From Spironucleus salmonicida (Eukaryota), in assembly GCF_000497125.1 (NCBI RefSeq), contig NC_090600.1:682001-746000 (forward strand): DNA of 64,000 bases, in the 5' to 3' direction. Below, piece by piece: positions 12,807 to 25,200 of this stretch (the first letter of the stretch is position 1; each line of letters begins with the position of its first letter). Under the pieces are notes generated by a model. It was not told the origin of the DNA and ran no database searches. It saw only the letters and a list, made by a program, of their open reading frames with translations. The translations under genes and the position numbers were made by a program.

Positions 12807-13271
12807 TCACTTTCCAAGCAGCTTGAGCGAGCGGAGCCGCGTGCGCACCTGGCAGTCGGTACGGCCTAGCACCGCCCCGATCTTCGCAAATGCATGGGGG
12901 TGGGCCGTGAACAGCCGCCCGAGCGCCTCGTCCTCCTCCGGCGTGAAGGGCGCTGTGTTCCGCCGCAGGACCCTCCGGTAGCGCTGGGACAGCCTGAGCG
13001 CCGAGAACGAGGCCCTGGGGAACAGCGCCTCCATCTCGTTGCAGATCCCCTCCCAGGTCCCCCGCTTCTGGCGCCCGAGGCGGAGCAGCGCCTGGTCGTG
13101 GTCCTGCTGGTCCTGCCCCGGAAGGTCCCACGGCGCGCTCACGAGCTGGGGGTCCACGGCCAGCTGCGAGTCGTCCCCGTCTGGTCTAGGGGCCCATCCC
13201 AGATCGCGCATGCGGACTGTCGGGCCGACGAGCTGCGGGGGTCTGGACGGCAGTTTCCGAGCGCCGGACAT
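12807..13271 (-). CDS. Myb-like protein, array copy 3
   Basis: Protein identical to copy 1. Confidence 0.85.
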   Translation of the reverse strand: MSGARKLPSRPPQLVGPTVRMRDLGWAPRPDGDDSQLAVDPQLVSAPWDLPGQDQQDHDQALLRLGRQKRGTWEGICNEMEALFPRASFSALRLSQRYRRVLRRNTAPFTPEEDEALGRLFTAHPHAFAKIGAVLGRTDCQVRTRLRSLKLLGK

Positions 13272-13999
13272 TTTAGAACATGATGGCTTTAAATCGCGTG
13301 CTAAGTGGTATCTGGTACCGCCGATAGAACGAGTCGGGCGCACCTGGGTAATACGGGGTATAATTCGATTTTTCTCCTCGGCCGCTCCCGTAAAATCGGC
13401 CGCGGCTAAACGCCTGGCCTCCAGCGCAGTACGACCAGCCATGGAATGCAGCCACGGCGGGCGGCGTCGGATGACCACTGTACGTGGGCCGGGGGGCGCG
13501 GCCCGAAGAACTGCACAGGAGCGCTAGGCGTGCCGCGGATATGCCGACAGCAGGTCTGGCGAGCGTCGCATTCCGGCGCGGGTCTCGGGCTGCCCCTACC
13601 CTGATGGGCACTGGGGCACGCACCGCGCTGGTGGGACTGCCGGATCCGACTCGCAGCGCGGTGCCTCGTGCCAGACCCGGGGCTGCGAGCCCAGCACTTT
13701 TCAGCGGGGACGCCCGGGCCAGCCGCGGCATCCTGGTACACTGCGACCCCATGGCACCGCGCACCCTGACCCCGCGGGTGCTGGGGCATGCTCCCGCCAC
13801 TCCCATTTTTAGAATGGAGCCGAATGGGGCCTATGGCGCCGGACCAGCGCGGCAGGTGACGCCATGATGCCGAGGAGCACTGTCTGGCGGGCTGCTGTCA
13901 TGGTTCCCTGGCGACCGGCCTCCCCAGCCCCGCTCCGGGAATGCAGCACCCGGCGAAACGGCGATGGGGGCTGCACAATGCCGGCAGTGACCAGATTCC

Positions 14000-14464
14000 T
14001 CACTTTCCAAGCAGCTTGAGCGAGCGGAGCCGCGTGCGCACCTGGCAGTCGGTACGGCCTAGCACCGCCCCGATCTTCGCAAATGCATGGGGGTGGGCCG
14101 TGAACAGCCGCCCGAGCGCCTCGTCCTCCTCCGGCGTGAAGGGCGCTGTGTTCCGCCGCAGGACCCTCCGGTAGCGCTGGGACAGCCTGAGCGCCGAGAA
14201 CGAGGCCCTGGGGAACAGCGCCTCCATCTCGTTGCAGATCCCCTCCCAGGTCCCCCGCTTCTGGCGCCCGAGGCGGAGCAGCGCCTGGTCGTGGTCCTGC
14301 TGGTCCTGCCCCGGAAGGTCCCACGGCGCGCTCACGAGCTGGGGGTCCACGGCCAGCTGCGAGTCGTCCCCGTCTGGTCTAGGGGCCCATCCCAGATCGC
14401 GCATGCGGACTGTCGGGCCGACGAGCTGCGGGGGTCTGGACGGCAGTTTCCGAGCGCCGGACAT
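14000..14464 (-). CDS. Myb-like protein, array copy 4
   Basis: Protein identical to copy 1. Confidence 0.85.
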   Translation of the reverse strand: MSGARKLPSRPPQLVGPTVRMRDLGWAPRPDGDDSQLAVDPQLVSAPWDLPGQDQQDHDQALLRLGRQKRGTWEGICNEMEALFPRASFSALRLSQRYRRVLRRNTAPFTPEEDEALGRLFTAHPHAFAKIGAVLGRTDCQVRTRLRSLKLLGK

Positions 14465-15192
14465 TTTAGAACATGATGGCTTTAAATCGCGTGCTAAGTG
14501 GTATCTGGTACCGCCGATAGAACGAGTCGGGCGCACCTGGGTAATACGGGGTATAATTCGATTTTTCTCCTCGGCCGCTCCCGTAAAATCGGCCGCGGCT
14601 AAACGCCTGGCCTCCAGCGCAGTACGACCAGCCATGGAATGCAGCCACGGCGGGCGGCGTCGGATGACCACTGTACGTGGGCCGGGGGGCGCGGCCCGAA
14701 GAACTGCACAGGAGCGCTAGGCGTGCCGCGGATATGCCGACAGCAGGTCTGGCGAGCGTCGCATTCCGGCGCGGGTCTCGGGCTGCCCCTACCCTGATGG
14801 GCACTGGGGCACGCACCGCGCTGGTGGGACTGCCGGATCCGACTCGCAGCGCGGTGCCTCGTGCCAGACCCGGGGCTGCGAGCCCAGCACTTTTCAGCGG
14901 GGACGCCCGGGCCAGCCGCGGCATCCTGGTACACTGCGACCCCATGGCACCGCGCACCCTGACCCCGCGGGTGCTGGGGCATGCTCCCGCCACTCCCATT
15001 TTTAGAATGGAGCCGAATGGGGCCTATGGCGCCGGACCAGCGCGGCAGGTGACGCCATGATGCCGAGGAGCACTGTCTGGCGGGCTGCTGTCATGGTTCC
15101 CTGGCGACCGGCCTCCCCAGCCCCGCTCCGGGAATGCAGCACCCGGCGAAACGGCGATGGGGGCTGCACAATGCCGGCAGTGACCAGATTCC

Positions 15193-15657
15193 TCACTTTC
15201 CAAGCAGCTTGAGCGAGCGGAGCCGCGTGCGCACCTGGCAGTCGGTACGGCCTAGCACCGCCCCGATCTTCGCAAATGCATGGGGGTGGGCCGTGAACAG
15301 CCGCCCGAGCGCCTCGTCCTCCTCCGGCGTGAAGGGCGCTGTGTTCCGCCGCAGGACCCTCCGGTAGCGCTGGGACAGCCTGAGCGCCGAGAACGAGGCC
15401 CTGGGGAACAGCGCCTCCATCTCGTTGCAGATCCCCTCCCAGGTCCCCCGCTTCTGGCGCCCGAGGCGGAGCAGCGCCTGGTCGTGGTCCTGCTGGTCCT
15501 GCCCCGGAAGGTCCCACGGCGCGCTCACGAGCTGGGGGTCCACGGCCAGCTGCGAGTCGTCCCCGTCTGGTCTAGGGGCCCATCCCAGATCGCGCATGCG
15601 GACTGTCGGGCCGACGAGCTGCGGGGGTCTGGACGGCAGTTTCCGAGCGCCGGACAT
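15193..15657 (-). CDS. Myb-like protein, array copy 5
   Basis: Protein identical to copy 1. Confidence 0.85.
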   Translation of the reverse strand: MSGARKLPSRPPQLVGPTVRMRDLGWAPRPDGDDSQLAVDPQLVSAPWDLPGQDQQDHDQALLRLGRQKRGTWEGICNEMEALFPRASFSALRLSQRYRRVLRRNTAPFTPEEDEALGRLFTAHPHAFAKIGAVLGRTDCQVRTRLRSLKLLGK

Positions 15658-16385
15658 TTTAGAACATGATGGCTTTAAATCGCGTGCTAAGTGGTATCTG
15701 GTACCGCCGATAGAACGAGTCGGGCGCACCTGGGTAATACGGGGTATAATTCGATTTTTCTCCTCGGCCGCTCCCGTAAAATCGGCCGCGGCTAAACGCC
15801 TGGCCTCCAGCGCAGTACGACCAGCCATGGAATGCAGCCACGGCGGGCGGCGTCGGATGACCACTGTACGTGGGCCGGGGGGCGCGGCCCGAAGAACTGC
15901 ACAGGAGCGCTAGGCGTGCCGCGGATATGCCGACAGCAGGTCTGGCGAGCGTCGCATTCCGGCGCGGGTCTCGGGCTGCCCCTACCCTGATGGGCACTGG
16001 GGCACGCACCGCGCTGGTGGGACTGCCGGATCCGACTCGCAGCGCGGTGCCTCGTGCCAGACCCGGGGCTGCGAGCCCAGCACTTTTCAGCGGGGACGCC
16101 CGGGCCAGCCGCGGCATCCTGGTACACTGCGACCCCATGGCACCGCGCACCCTGACCCCGCGGGTGCTGGGGCATGCTCCCGCCACTCCCATTTTTAGAA
16201 TGGAGCCGAATGGGGCCTATGGCGCCGGACCAGCGCGGCAGGTGACGCCATGATGCCGAGGAGCACTGTCTGGCGGGCTGCTGTCATGGTTCCCTGGCGA
16301 CCGGCCTCCCCAGCCCCGCTCCGGGAATGCAGCACCCGGCGAAACGGCGATGGGGGCTGCACAATGCCGGCAGTGACCAGATTCC

Positions 16386-16850
16386 TCACTTTCCAAGCAG
16401 CTTGAGCGAGCGGAGCCGCGTGCGCACCTGGCAGTCGGTACGGCCTAGCACCGCCCCGATCTTCGCAAATGCATGGGGGTGGGCCGTGAACAGCCGCCCG
16501 AGCGCCTCGTCCTCCTCCGGCGTGAAGGGCGCTGTGTTCCGCCGCAGGACCCTCCGGTAGCGCTGGGACAGCCTGAGCGCCGAGAACGAGGCCCTGGGGA
16601 ACAGCGCCTCCATCTCGTTGCAGATCCCCTCCCAGGTCCCCCGCTTCTGGCGCCCGAGGCGGAGCAGCGCCTGGTCGTGGTCCTGCTGGTCCTGCCCCGG
16701 AAGGTCCCACGGCGCGCTCACGAGCTGGGGGTCCACGGCCAGCTGCGAGTCGTCCCCGTCTGGTCTAGGGGCCCATCCCAGATCGCGCATGCGGACTGTC
16801 GGGCCGACGAGCTGCGGGGGTCTGGACGGCAGTTTCCGAGCGCCGGACAT
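16386..16850 (-). CDS. Myb-like protein, array copy 6
   Basis: Protein identical to copy 1. Confidence 0.85.
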   Translation of the reverse strand: MSGARKLPSRPPQLVGPTVRMRDLGWAPRPDGDDSQLAVDPQLVSAPWDLPGQDQQDHDQALLRLGRQKRGTWEGICNEMEALFPRASFSALRLSQRYRRVLRRNTAPFTPEEDEALGRLFTAHPHAFAKIGAVLGRTDCQVRTRLRSLKLLGK

Positions 16851-17578
16851 TTTAGAACATGATGGCTTTAAATCGCGTGCTAAGTGGTATCTGGTACCGC
16901 CGATAGAACGAGTCGGGCGCACCTGGGTAATACGGGGTATAATTCGATTTTTCTCCTCGGCCGCTCCCGTAAAATCGGCCGCGGCTAAACGCCTGGCCTC
17001 CAGCGCAGTACGACCAGCCATGGAATGCAGCCACGGCGGGCGGCGTCGGATGACCACTGTACGTGGGCCGGGGGGCGCGGCCCGAAGAACTGCACAGGAG
17101 CGCTAGGCGTGCCGCGGATATGCCGACAGCAGGTCTGGCGAGCGTCGCATTCCGGCGCGGGTCTCGGGCTGCCCCTACCCTGATGGGCACTGGGGCACGC
17201 ACCGCGCTGGTGGGACTGCCGGATCCGACTCGCAGCGCGGTGCCTCGTGCCAGACCCGGGGCTGCGAGCCCAGCACTTTTCAGCGGGGACGCCCGGGCCA
17301 GCCGCGGCATCCTGGTACACTGCGACCCCATGGCACCGCGCACCCTGACCCCGCGGGTGCTGGGGCATGCTCCCGCCACTCCCATTTTTAGAATGGAGCC
17401 GAATGGGGCCTATGGCGCCGGACCAGCGCGGCAGGTGACGCCATGATGCCGAGGAGCACTGTCTGGCGGGCTGCTGTCATGGTTCCCTGGCGACCGGCCT
17501 CCCCAGCCCCGCTCCGGGAATGCAGCACCCGGCGAAACGGCGATGGGGGCTGCACAATGCCGGCAGTGACCAGATTCC

Positions 17579-18043
17579 TCACTTTCCAAGCAGCTTGAGC
17601 GAGCGGAGCCGCGTGCGCACCTGGCAGTCGGTACGGCCTAGCACCGCCCCGATCTTCGCAAATGCATGGGGGTGGGCCGTGAACAGCCGCCCGAGCGCCT
17701 CGTCCTCCTCCGGCGTGAAGGGCGCTGTGTTCCGCCGCAGGACCCTCCGGTAGCGCTGGGACAGCCTGAGCGCCGAGAACGAGGCCCTGGGGAACAGCGC
17801 CTCCATCTCGTTGCAGATCCCCTCCCAGGTCCCCCGCTTCTGGCGCCCGAGGCGGAGCAGCGCCTGGTCGTGGTCCTGCCGGTCCTGCCCCGGAAGGTCC
17901 CACGGCGCGCTCACGAGCTGGGGGTCCACGGCCAGCTGCGAGTCGTCCCCGTCTGGTCTAGGGGCCCATCCCAGATCGCGCATGCGGACTGTCGGGCCGA
18001 CGAGCTGCGGGGGTCTGGACGGCAGTTTCCGAGCGCCGGACAT
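17579..18043 (-). CDS. Myb-like protein, array copy 7 (Q>R variant)
   Basis: T>C at 17880 gives GQDRQD instead of GQDQQD. Confidence 0.85.
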   Translation of the reverse strand: MSGARKLPSRPPQLVGPTVRMRDLGWAPRPDGDDSQLAVDPQLVSAPWDLPGQDRQDHDQALLRLGRQKRGTWEGICNEMEALFPRASFSALRLSQRYRRVLRRNTAPFTPEEDEALGRLFTAHPHAFAKIGAVLGRTDCQVRTRLRSLKLLGK

Positions 18044-18771
18044 TTTAGAACATGATGGCTTTAAATCGCGTGCTAAGTGGTATCTGGTACCGCCGATAGA
18101 ACGAGTCGGGCGCACCTGGGTAATACGGGGTATAATTCGATTTTTCTCCTCGGCCGCTCCCGTAAAATCGGCCGCGGCTAAACGCCTGGCCTCCAGCGCA
18201 GTACGACCAGCCATGGAATGCAGCCACGGCGGGCGGCGTCGGATGACCACTGTACGTGGGCCGGGGGGCGCGGCCCGAAGAACTGCACAGGAGCGCTAGG
18301 CGTGCCGCGGATATGCCGACAGCAGGTCTGGCGAGCGTCGCATTCCGGCGCGGGTCTCGGGCTGCCCCTACCCTGATGGGCACTGGGGCACGCACCGCGC
18401 TGGTGGGACTGCCGGATCCGACTCGCAGCGCGGTGCCTCGTGCCAGACCCGGGGCTGCGAGCCCAGCACTTTTCAGCGGGGACGCCCGGGCCAGCCGCGG
18501 CATCCTGGTACACTGCGACCCCATGGCACCGCGCACCCTGACCCCGCGGGTGCTGGGGCATGCTCCCGCCACTCCCATTTTTAGAATGGAGCCGAATGGG
18601 GCCTATGGCGCCGGACCAGCGCGGCAGGTGACGCCATGATGCCGAGGAGCACTGTCTGGCGGGCTGCTGTCATGGTTCCCTGGCGACCGGCCTCCCCAGC
18701 CCCGCTCCGGGAATGCAGCACCCGGCGAAACGGCGATGGGGGCTGCACAATGCCGGCAGTGACCAGATTCC

Positions 18772-19235
18772 TCACTTTCCAAGCAGCTTGAGCGAGCGGA
18801 GCCGCGTGCGCACCTGGCAGTCGGTACGGCCTAGCACCGCCCCGATCTTCGCAAATGCATGGGGGTGGGCCGTGAACAGCCGCCCGAGCGCCTCGTCCTC
18901 CTCCGGCGTGAAGGGCGCTGTGTTCCGCCGCAGGACCCCCGGTAGCGCTGGGACAGCCTGAGCGCCGAGAACGAGGCCCTGGGGAACAGCGCCTCCATCT
19001 CGTTGCAGATCCCCTCCCAGGTCCCCCGCTTCTGGCGCCCGAGGCGGAGCAGCGCCTGGTCGTGGTCCTGCTGGTCCTGCCCCGGAAGGTCCCACGGCGC
19101 GCTCACGAGCTGGGGGTCCACGGCCAGCTGCGAGTCGTCCCCGTCTGGTCTAGGGGCCCATCCCAGATCGCGCATGCGGACTGTCGGGCCGACGAGCTGC
19201 GGGGGTCTGGACGGCAGTTTCCGAGCGCCGGACAT
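18772..19235 (-). pseudogene. Myb-like array copy 8, frameshifted (or a sequencing error)
   Basis: caggacccccgg near 18938 versus caggaccctccgg in other copies: a 1-bp deletion. Confidence 0.7.
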
Positions 19236-19963
19236 TTTAGAACATGATGGCTTTAAATCGCGTGCTAAGTGGTATCTGGTACCGCCGATAGAACGAGTCG
19301 GGCGCACCTGGGTAATACGGGGTATAATTCGATTTTTCTCCTCGGCCGCTCCCGTAAAATCGGCCGCGGCTAAACGCCTGGCCTCCAGCGCAGTACGACC
19401 AGCCATGGAATGCAGCCACGGCGGGCGGCGTCGGATGACCACTGTACGTGGGCCGGGGGGCGCGGCCCGAAGAACTGCACAGGAGCGCTAGGCGTGCCGC
19501 GGATATGCCGACAGCAGGTCTGGCGAGCGTCGCATTCCGGCGCGGGTCTCGGGCTGCCCCTACCCTGATGGGCACTGGGGCACGCACCGCGCTGGTGGGA
19601 CTGCCGGATCCGACTCGCAGCGCGGTGCCTCGTGCCAGACCCGGGGCTGCGAGCCCAGCACTTTTCAGCGGGGACGCCCGGGCCAGCCGCGGCATCCTGG
19701 TACACTGCGACCCCATGGCACCGCGCACCCTGACCCCGCGGGTGCTGGGGCATGCTCCCGCCACTCCCATTTTTAGAATGGAGCCGAATGGGGCCTATGG
19801 CGCCGGACCAGCGCGGCAGGTGACGCCATGATGCCGAGGAGCACTGTCTGGCGGGCTGCTGTCATGGTTCCCTGGCGACCGGCCTCCCCAGCCCCGCTCC
19901 GGGAATGCAGCACCCGGCGAAACGGCGATGGGGGCTGCACAATGCCGGCAGTGACCAGATTCC

Positions 19964-20428
19964 TCACTTTCCAAGCAGCTTGAGCGAGCGGAGCCGCGTG
20001 CGCACCTGGCAGTCGGTACGGCCTAGCACCGCCCCGATCTTCGCAAATGCATGGGGGTGGGCCGTGAACAGCCGCCCGAGCGCCTCGTCCTCCTCCGGCG
20101 TGAAGGGCGCTGTGTTCCGCCGCAGGACCCTCCGGTAGCGCTGGGACAGCCTGAGCGCCGAGAACGAGGCCCTGGGGAACAGCGCCTCCATCTCGTTGCA
20201 GATCCCCTCCCAGGTCCCCCGCTTCTGGCGCCCGAGGCGGAGCAGCGCCTGGTCGTGGTCCTGCTGGTCCTGCCCCGGAAGGTCCCACGGCGCGCTCACG
20301 AGCTGGGGGTCCACGGCCAGCTGCGAGTCGTCCCCGTCTGGTCTAGGGGCCCATCCCAGATCGCGCATGCGGACTGTCGGGCCGACGAGCTGCGGGGGTC
20401 TGGACGGCAGTTTCCGAGCGCCGGACAT
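19964..20428 (-). CDS. Myb-like protein, array copy 9
   Basis: Protein identical to copy 1. Confidence 0.85.
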   Translation of the reverse strand: MSGARKLPSRPPQLVGPTVRMRDLGWAPRPDGDDSQLAVDPQLVSAPWDLPGQDQQDHDQALLRLGRQKRGTWEGICNEMEALFPRASFSALRLSQRYRRVLRRNTAPFTPEEDEALGRLFTAHPHAFAKIGAVLGRTDCQVRTRLRSLKLLGK

Positions 20429-21156
20429 TTTAGAACATGATGGCTTTAAATCGCGTGCTAAGTGGTATCTGGTACCGCCGATAGAACGAGTCGGGCGCAC
20501 CTGGGTAATACGGGGTATAATTCGATTTTTCTCCTCGGCCGCTCCCGTAAAATCGGCCGCGGCTAAACGCCTGGCCTCCAGCGCAGTACGACCAGCCATG
20601 GAATGCAGCCACGGCGGGCGGCGTCGGATGACCACTGTACGTGGGCCGGGGGGCGCGGCCCGAAGAACTGCACAGGAGCGCTAGGCGTGCCGCGGATATG
20701 CCGACAGCAGGTCTGGCGAGCGTCGCATTCCGGCGCGGGTCTCGGGCTGCCCCTACCCTGATGGGCACTGGGGCACGCACCGCGCTGGTGGGACTGCCGG
20801 ATCCGACTCGCAGCGCGGTGCCTCGTGCCAGACCCGGGGCTGCGAGCCCAGCACTTTTCAGCGGGGACGCCCGGGCCAGCCGCGGCATCCTGGTACACTG
20901 CGACCCCATGGCACCGCGCACCCTGACCCCGCGGGTGCTGGGGCATGCTCCCGCCACTCCCATTTTTAGAATGGAGCCGAATGGGGCCTATGGCGCCGGA
21001 CCAGCGCGGCAGGTGACGCCATGATGCCGAGGAGCACTGTCTGGCGGGCTGCTGTCATGGTTCCCTGGCGACCGGCCTCCCCAGCCCCGCTCCGGGAATG
21101 CAGCACCCGGCGAAACGGCGATGGGGGCTGCACAATGCCGGCAGTGACCAGATTCC

Positions 21157-21621
21157 TCACTTTCCAAGCAGCTTGAGCGAGCGGAGCCGCGTGCGCACCT
21201 GGCAGTCGGTACGGCCTAGCACCGCCCCGATCTTCGCAAATGCATGGGGGTGGGCCGTGAACAGCCGCCCGAGCGCCTCGTCCTCCTCCGGCGTGAAGGG
21301 CGCTGTGTTCCGCCGCAGGACCCTCCGGTAGCGCTGGGACAGCCTGAGCGCCGAGAACGAGGCCCTGGGGAACAGCGCCTCCATCTCGTTGCAGATCCCC
21401 TCCCAGGTCCCCCGCTTCTGGCGCCCGAGGCGGAGCAGCGCCTGGTCGTGGTCCTGCTGGTCCTGCCCCGGAAGGTCCCACGGCGCGCTCACGAGCTGGG
21501 GGTCCACGGCCAGCTGCGAGTCGTCCCCGTCTGGTCTAGGGGCCCATCCCAGATCGCGCATGCGGACTGTCGGGCCGACGAGCTGCGGGGGTCTGGACGG
21601 CAGTTTCCGAGCGCCGGACAT
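21157..21621 (-). CDS. Myb-like protein, array copy 10
   Basis: Protein identical to copy 1. Confidence 0.85.
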   Translation of the reverse strand: MSGARKLPSRPPQLVGPTVRMRDLGWAPRPDGDDSQLAVDPQLVSAPWDLPGQDQQDHDQALLRLGRQKRGTWEGICNEMEALFPRASFSALRLSQRYRRVLRRNTAPFTPEEDEALGRLFTAHPHAFAKIGAVLGRTDCQVRTRLRSLKLLGK

Positions 21622-22349
21622 TTTAGAACATGATGGCTTTAAATCGCGTGCTAAGTGGTATCTGGTACCGCCGATAGAACGAGTCGGGCGCACCTGGGTA
21701 ATACGGGGTATAATTCGATTTTTCTCCTCGGCCGCTCCCGTAAAATCGGCCGCGGCTAAACGCCTGGCCTCCAGCGCAGTACGACCAGCCATGGAATGCA
21801 GCCACGGCGGGCGGCGTCGGATGACCACTGTACGTGGGCCGGGGGGCGCGGCCCGAAGAACTGCACAGGAGCGCTAGGCGTGCCGCGGATATGCCGACAG
21901 CAGGTCTGGCGAGCGTCGCATTCCGGCGCGGGTCTCGGGCTGCCCCTACCCTGATGGGCACTGGGGCACGCACCGCGCTGGTGGGACTGCCGGATCCGAC
22001 TCGCAGCGCGGTGCCTCGTGCCAGACCCGGGGCTGCGAGCCCAGCACTTTTCAGCGGGGACGCCCGGGCCAGCCGCGGCATCCTGGTACACTGCGACCCC
22101 ATGGCACCGCGCACCCTGACCCCGCGGGTGCTGGGGCATGCTCCCGCCACTCCCATTTTTAGAATGGAGCCGAATGGGGCCTATGGCGCCGGACCAGCGC
22201 GGCAGGTGACGCCATGATGCCGAGGAGCACTGTCTGGCGGGCTGCTGTCATGGTTCCCTGGCGACCGGCCTCCCCAGCCCCGCTCCGGGAATGCAGCACC
22301 CGGCGAAACGGCGATGGGGGCTGCACAATGCCGGCAGTGACCAGATTCC

Positions 22350-22814
22350 TCACTTTCCAAGCAGCTTGAGCGAGCGGAGCCGCGTGCGCACCTGGCAGTC
22401 GGTACGGCCTAGCACCGCCCCGATCTTCGCAAATGCATGGGGGTGGGCCGTGAACAGCCGCCCGAGCGCCTCGTCCTCCTCCGGCGTGAAGGGCGCTGTG
22501 TTCCGCCGCAGGACCCTCCGGTAGCGCTGGGACAGCCTGAGCGCCGAGAACGAGGCCCTGGGGAACAGCGCCTCCATCTCGTTGCAGATCCCCTCCCAGG
22601 TCCCCCGCTTCTGGCGCCCGAGGCGGAGCAGCGCCTGGTCGTGGTCCTGCTGGTCCTGCCCCGGAAGGTCCCACGGCGCGCTCACGAGCTGGGGGTCCAC
22701 GGCCAGCTGCGAGTCGTCCCCGTCTGGTCTAGGGGCCCATCCCAGATCGCGCATGCGGACTGTCGGGCCGACGAGCTGCGGGGGTCTGGACGGCAGTTTC
22801 CGAGCGCCGGACAT
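22350..22814 (-). CDS. Myb-like protein, array copy 11
   Basis: Protein identical to copy 1. Confidence 0.85.
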   Translation of the reverse strand: MSGARKLPSRPPQLVGPTVRMRDLGWAPRPDGDDSQLAVDPQLVSAPWDLPGQDQQDHDQALLRLGRQKRGTWEGICNEMEALFPRASFSALRLSQRYRRVLRRNTAPFTPEEDEALGRLFTAHPHAFAKIGAVLGRTDCQVRTRLRSLKLLGK

Positions 22815-23542
22815 TTTAGAACATGATGGCTTTAAATCGCGTGCTAAGTGGTATCTGGTACCGCCGATAGAACGAGTCGGGCGCACCTGGGTAATACGGG
22901 GTATAATTCGATTTTTCTCCTCGGCCGCTCCCGTAAAATCGGCCGCGGCTAAACGCCTGGCCTCCAGCGCAGTACGACCAGCCATGGAATGCAGCCACGG
23001 CGGGCGGCGTCGGATGACCACTGTACGTGGGCCGGGGGGCGCGGCCCGAAGAACTGCACAGGAGCGCTAGGCGTGCCGCGGATATGCCGACAGCAGGTCT
23101 GGCGAGCGTCGCATTCCGGCGCGGGTCTCGGGCTGCCCCTACCCTGATGGGCACTGGGGCACGCACCGCGCTGGTGGGACTGCCGGATCCGACTCGCAGC
23201 GCGGTGCCTCGTGCCAGACCCGGGGCTGCGAGCCCAGCACTTTTCAGCGGGGACGCCCGGGCCAGCCGCGGCATCCTGGTACACTGCGACCCCATGGCAC
23301 CGCGCACCCTGACCCCGCGGGTGCTGGGGCATGCTCCCGCCACTCCCATTTTTAGAATGGAGCCGAATGGGGCCTATGGCGCCGGACCAGCGCGGCAGGT
23401 GACGCCATGATGCCGAGGAGCACTGTCTGGCGGGCTGCTGTCATGGTTCCCTGGCGACCGGCCTCCCCAGCCCCGCTCCGGGAATGCAGCACCCGGCGAA
23501 ACGGCGATGGGGGCTGCACAATGCCGGCAGTGACCAGATTCC

Positions 23543-24007
23543 TCACTTTCCAAGCAGCTTGAGCGAGCGGAGCCGCGTGCGCACCTGGCAGTCGGTACGG
23601 CCTAGCACCGCCCCGATCTTCGCAAATGCATGGGGGTGGGCCGTGAACAGCCGCCCGAGCGCCTCGTCCTCCTCCGGCGTGAAGGGCGCTGTGTTCCGCC
23701 GCAGGACCCTCCGGTAGCGCTGGGACAGCCTGAGCGCCGAGAACGAGGCCCTGGGGAACAGCGCCTCCATCTCGTTGCAGATCCCCTCCCAGGTCCCCCG
23801 CTTCTGGCGCCCGAGGCGGAGCAGCGCCTGGTCGTGGTCCTGCTGGTCCTGCCCCGGAAGGTCCCACGGCGCGCTCACGAGCTGGGGGTCCACGGCCAGC
23901 TGCGAGTCGTCCCCGTCTGGTCTAGGGGCCCATCCCAGATCGCGCATGCGGACTGTCGGGCCGACGAGCTGCGGGGGTCTGGACGGCAGTTTCCGAGCGC
24001 CGGACAT
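23543..24007 (-). CDS. Myb-like protein, array copy 12
   Basis: Protein identical to copy 1. Confidence 0.85.
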   Translation of the reverse strand: MSGARKLPSRPPQLVGPTVRMRDLGWAPRPDGDDSQLAVDPQLVSAPWDLPGQDQQDHDQALLRLGRQKRGTWEGICNEMEALFPRASFSALRLSQRYRRVLRRNTAPFTPEEDEALGRLFTAHPHAFAKIGAVLGRTDCQVRTRLRSLKLLGK

Positions 24008-24735
24008 TTTAGAACATGATGGCTTTAAATCGCGTGCTAAGTGGTATCTGGTACCGCCGATAGAACGAGTCGGGCGCACCTGGGTAATACGGGGTATAAT
24101 TCGATTTTTCTCCTCGGCCGCTCCCGTAAAATCGGCCGCGGCTAAACGCCTGGCCTCCAGCGCAGTACGACCAGCCATGGAATGCAGCCACGGCGGGCGG
24201 CGTCGGATGACCACTGTACGTGGGCCGGGGGGCGCGGCCCGAAGAACTGCACAGGAGCGCTAGGCGTGCCGCGGATATGCCGACAGCAGGTCTGGCGAGC
24301 GTCGCATTCCGGCGCGGGTCTCGGGCTGCCCCTACCCTGATGGGCACTGGGGCACGCACCGCGCTGGTGGGACTGCCGGATCCGACTCGCAGCGCGGTGC
24401 CTCGTGCCAGACCCGGGGCTGCGAGCCCAGCACTTTTCAGCGGGGACGCCCGGGCCAGCCGCGGCATCCTGGTACACTGCGACCCCATGGCACCGCGCAC
24501 CCTGACCCCGCGGGTGCTGGGGCATGCTCCCGCCACTCCCATTTTTAGAATGGAGCCGAATGGGGCCTATGGCGCCGGACCAGCGCGGCAGGTGACGCCA
24601 TGATGCCGAGGAGCACTGTCTGGCGGGCTGCTGTCATGGTTCCCTGGCGACCGGCCTCCCCAGCCCCGCTCCGGGAATGCAGCACCCGGCGAAACGGCGA
24701 TGGGGGCTGCACAATGCCGGCAGTGACCAGATTCC

Positions 24736-25200
24736 TCACTTTCCAAGCAGCTTGAGCGAGCGGAGCCGCGTGCGCACCTGGCAGTCGGTACGGCCTAGCA
24801 CCGCCCCGATCTTCGCAAATGCATGGGGGTGGGCCGTGAACAGCCGCCCGAGCGCCTCGTCCTCCTCCGGCGTGAAGGGCGCTGTGTTCCGCCGCAGGAC
24901 CCTCCGGTAGCGCTGGGACAGCCTGAGCGCCGAGAACGAGGCCCTGGGGAACAGCGCCTCCATCTCGTTGCAGATCCCCTCCCAGGTCCCCCGCTTCTGG
25001 CGCCCGAGGCGGAGCAGCGCCTGGTCGTGGTCCTGCTGGTCCTGCCCCGGAAGGTCCCACGGCGCGCTCACGAGCTGGGGGTCCACGGCCAGCTGCGAGT
25101 AGTCCCCGTCTGGTCTAGGGGCCCATCCCAGATCGCGCATGCGGACTGTCGGGCCGACGAGCTGCGGGGGTCTGGACGGCAGTTTCCGAGCGCCGGACAT
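24736..25200 (-). CDS. Myb-like protein, array copy 13 (D>Y variant)
   Basis: C>A at 25101 gives PDGDYSQ instead of PDGDDSQ. Confidence 0.85.
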   Translation of the reverse strand: MSGARKLPSRPPQLVGPTVRMRDLGWAPRPDGDYSQLAVDPQLVSAPWDLPGQDQQDHDQALLRLGRQKRGTWEGICNEMEALFPRASFSALRLSQRYRRVLRRNTAPFTPEEDEALGRLFTAHPHAFAKIGAVLGRTDCQVRTRLRSLKLLGK

